DNA of 27,668 nucleotides from a virus: UHGV virus genome UHGV-0347332; one strand, 5' to 3'. Shown piece by piece: positions 26,458 to 27,668 of this stretch (position 1 is its first letter; each line of letters starts with the position of its first letter). The notes under the pieces were generated by a model. It saw only the letters and a program-made list of their open reading frames with translations, ran no database searches and was not told where the DNA came from. The position numbers and the translations under genes were made by a program.

Positions 26458-27141
26458 CTATCGCGTTACCCTCTTTAACTGCCGCTCCGCCCATGCCTCT
26501 TCAATGTCAAACCGAACCACCAACGTATCGTAAAAGCGTTTCACTGATTTTTTCCACGTATCAAGCGTGATAGCACTCGTCACTTTGCATATGGCATTAA
26601 ATGCCTCCGTTGATGGTAGTCTTTCACAGCCACGACCACCACAACGCTGGCAGTCTCTGATAACAGGCATACCACGTTTTACCGACTCTTCACGATGAAT
26701 GGCGACACCACGCCCACGGCAATCCTTACAGGCGGTGGAAACCTCACCCTTTCCGCCACACTCCGGACAGGCAACTTTTACCACTTCCTTGACTTTTTTC
26801 CATTCTTCCCAGTAAGACGAATACACACCTTTCGTACACTTTGCCCATACCGGCGGCTTACCATCCGGATACTGGACCTTGTTTGTAAAAACTACGCTTT
26901 CAATAAATTTTTCCCCATAGCAACAAGGGCACTGCTTTTTACTCGCTACGCTGCGGGCATAATCCTCAAAAGCGTACGAAGCCATAATGCGCATCACTAC
27001 CGGTTTTATTTCTGCCGGAAGTTTTCTCAACGCCGCCACACGATCGCACCGACTGAGTGCATAATCTGCCAGTAATTCTGTTGCCCGCGCCCTGTCATTC
27101 ATACTGATGCCCATTTTCCCCAGGAACGCAGAAAAACCCAT
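26458..27141 (-). CDS. Q: Late-gene antiterminator Q (lambda family)
   Basis: 227 aa; CxxC zinc-binding motifs and C-terminus …FYDTLVVRFDIEEAWAERQLKRVTR resemble lambda Q; followed by PR'. Confidence 0.85.
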   Translation of the reverse strand: MGFSAFLGKMGISMNDRARATELLADYALSRCDRVAALRKLPAEIKPVVMRIMASYAFEDYARSVASKKQCPCCYGEKFIESVVFTNKVQYPDGKPPVWAKCTKGVYSSYWEEWKKVKEVVKVACPECGGKGEVSTACKDCRGRGVAIHREESVKRGMPVIRDCQRCGGRGCERLPSTEAFNAICKVTSAITLDTWKKSVKRFYDTLVVRFDIEEAWAERQLKRVTR

Positions 27142-27144
27142 CTC

Positions 27145-27357
27145 ATGCCTGTTATCAGAGACTGCCAGCGTTGTGGTGGTCGTGGCTATGAAAGACTACC
27201 ATCAACGGAGGCATTTAATGCTATATGCGAGGTGACAAACCAGATAACACGCGCGTCATGGGAAAAAACAGTTAAGAAATTCTATGATGCGCTGGTGACC
27301 CGGTTTGATATTGAAGAAGCATGGGCTGAGCGGCAGTTAAAAAAGGTAACTAGGTAA
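27145..27357 (+). pseudogene. Truncated paralogous Q fragment (C-terminal 70 codons), head-to-head with the intact Q
   Basis: MPVIRDCQRCGGRGYERL…AWAERQLKKVTR matches Q residues 158-227 at roughly 85% protein identity; begins 3 bp from the intact Q start. Confidence 0.75.
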
Positions 27358-27362
27358 CAAGG

Positions 27363-27390
27363 TTGATTTTTCCGGAATCTGTGGTAAATT
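27363..27390 (+). promoter_or_regulatory. Second PR'-like promoter copy (-35 TTGATT, 16 bp, TGGTAAATT) downstream of the Q fragment
   Basis: Homologous to 26413-26452 on the opposite strand; pause element degenerate (AACAAT). Confidence 0.5.
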
Positions 27391-27439
27391 CGTCATAACA
27401 ATGGGCTTTTTATGCCTGACGTTAGAAGAGTTTCTACAA

Positions 27440-27461
27440 CCCGCCGCCGAGCGGGTTTTTT
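27440..27461 (+). terminator. Second tR'-like terminator copy (CCCGC/GCGGG stem followed by 6 T)
   Basis: Homologous to 26353-26376. Confidence 0.5.
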
Positions 27462-27500
27462 ATTGCGGAATTAATTACGGACCGTTATTATTCTGCTCCC

Positions 27501-27549
27501 GGCCCTTTAGCTCAGTGGTGAGAGCGAGCGACTCATAATCGCCAGGTCG
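27501..27549 (+). pseudogene. Truncated tRNA-Ile(CAU) copy: 5' 49 nt only
   Basis: Identical to the 5' part of the tRNA at 24708-24783 (and ~20 bp upstream of it) in inverse orientation; breaks after GCCAGGTCG. Confidence 0.75.
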
Positions 27550-27668
27550 ACTCCGGACAGGCAACTTTTACCACTTCCTTGACTTTTTTCCATTCTTCCC
27601 AGTAAGACGAATACACACCTTTCGTACACTTTGCCCATACCGGCGGCTTACCATCCGGATACTGGACC
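27550..27668. repeat. 119-bp perfect direct repeat of 26760-26878 (antisense of Q codons ~88-128), running to the window edge
   Basis: Base-for-base identity seen directly; starts exactly where the tRNA fragment breaks off. Confidence 0.9.

Noticed and set aside
1-27668. Integrase, attachment site or repressor genes
   Set aside because: None found. The window starts inside J and ends in a rearranged Q region, so prophage boundaries are not in view; the internal tRNAs are phage cargo, not attachment sites.

Overview
This window is the late (morphogenesis and lysis) region of a lambdoid prophage from an enterobacterial genome, with almost every gene on the minus strand. Read in the direction of transcription (high to low coordinates) it runs: antiterminator Q with a lambda-like PR'/qut/tR' unit, a small HTH-like ORF plus an orphan N6-adenine DNA methyltransferase, tRNA-Ile(CAU) and tRNA-Arg(UCU), AT-rich cargo ORFs, a P21-type lysis cassette (pinholin, SAR endolysin, Rz/Rz1) interrupted by extra small genes, an HNH endonuclease, a cos-like repeat region, terminase small and large subunits, a prohead protease-major capsid fusion, portal, head-tail connectors, and lambda-like tail genes V, G/T (with a -1 frameshift site), tape measure, M, L, K, I and J. 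J runs off the left edge. I did not find a convincing multi-gene defence or toxin system: every large ORF is structural or the methyltransferase. The most notable observations are signs that this prophage is rearranged and probably defective: a ~130-bp inverted segment at the L/K junction that leaves K without its N-terminal domain, and a head-to-head partial Q duplication with a truncated tRNA copy and a 119-bp perfect direct repeat at the right edge. There are also several small cargo insertions of unknown function and a candidate small RNA between I and J. CDS coordinates follow the supplied ORF track and include the stop codon; coordinates I derived by hand for RNA and regulatory features are approximate (about +/-2 nt). 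All homology statements are from recall of protein families, not from a search.
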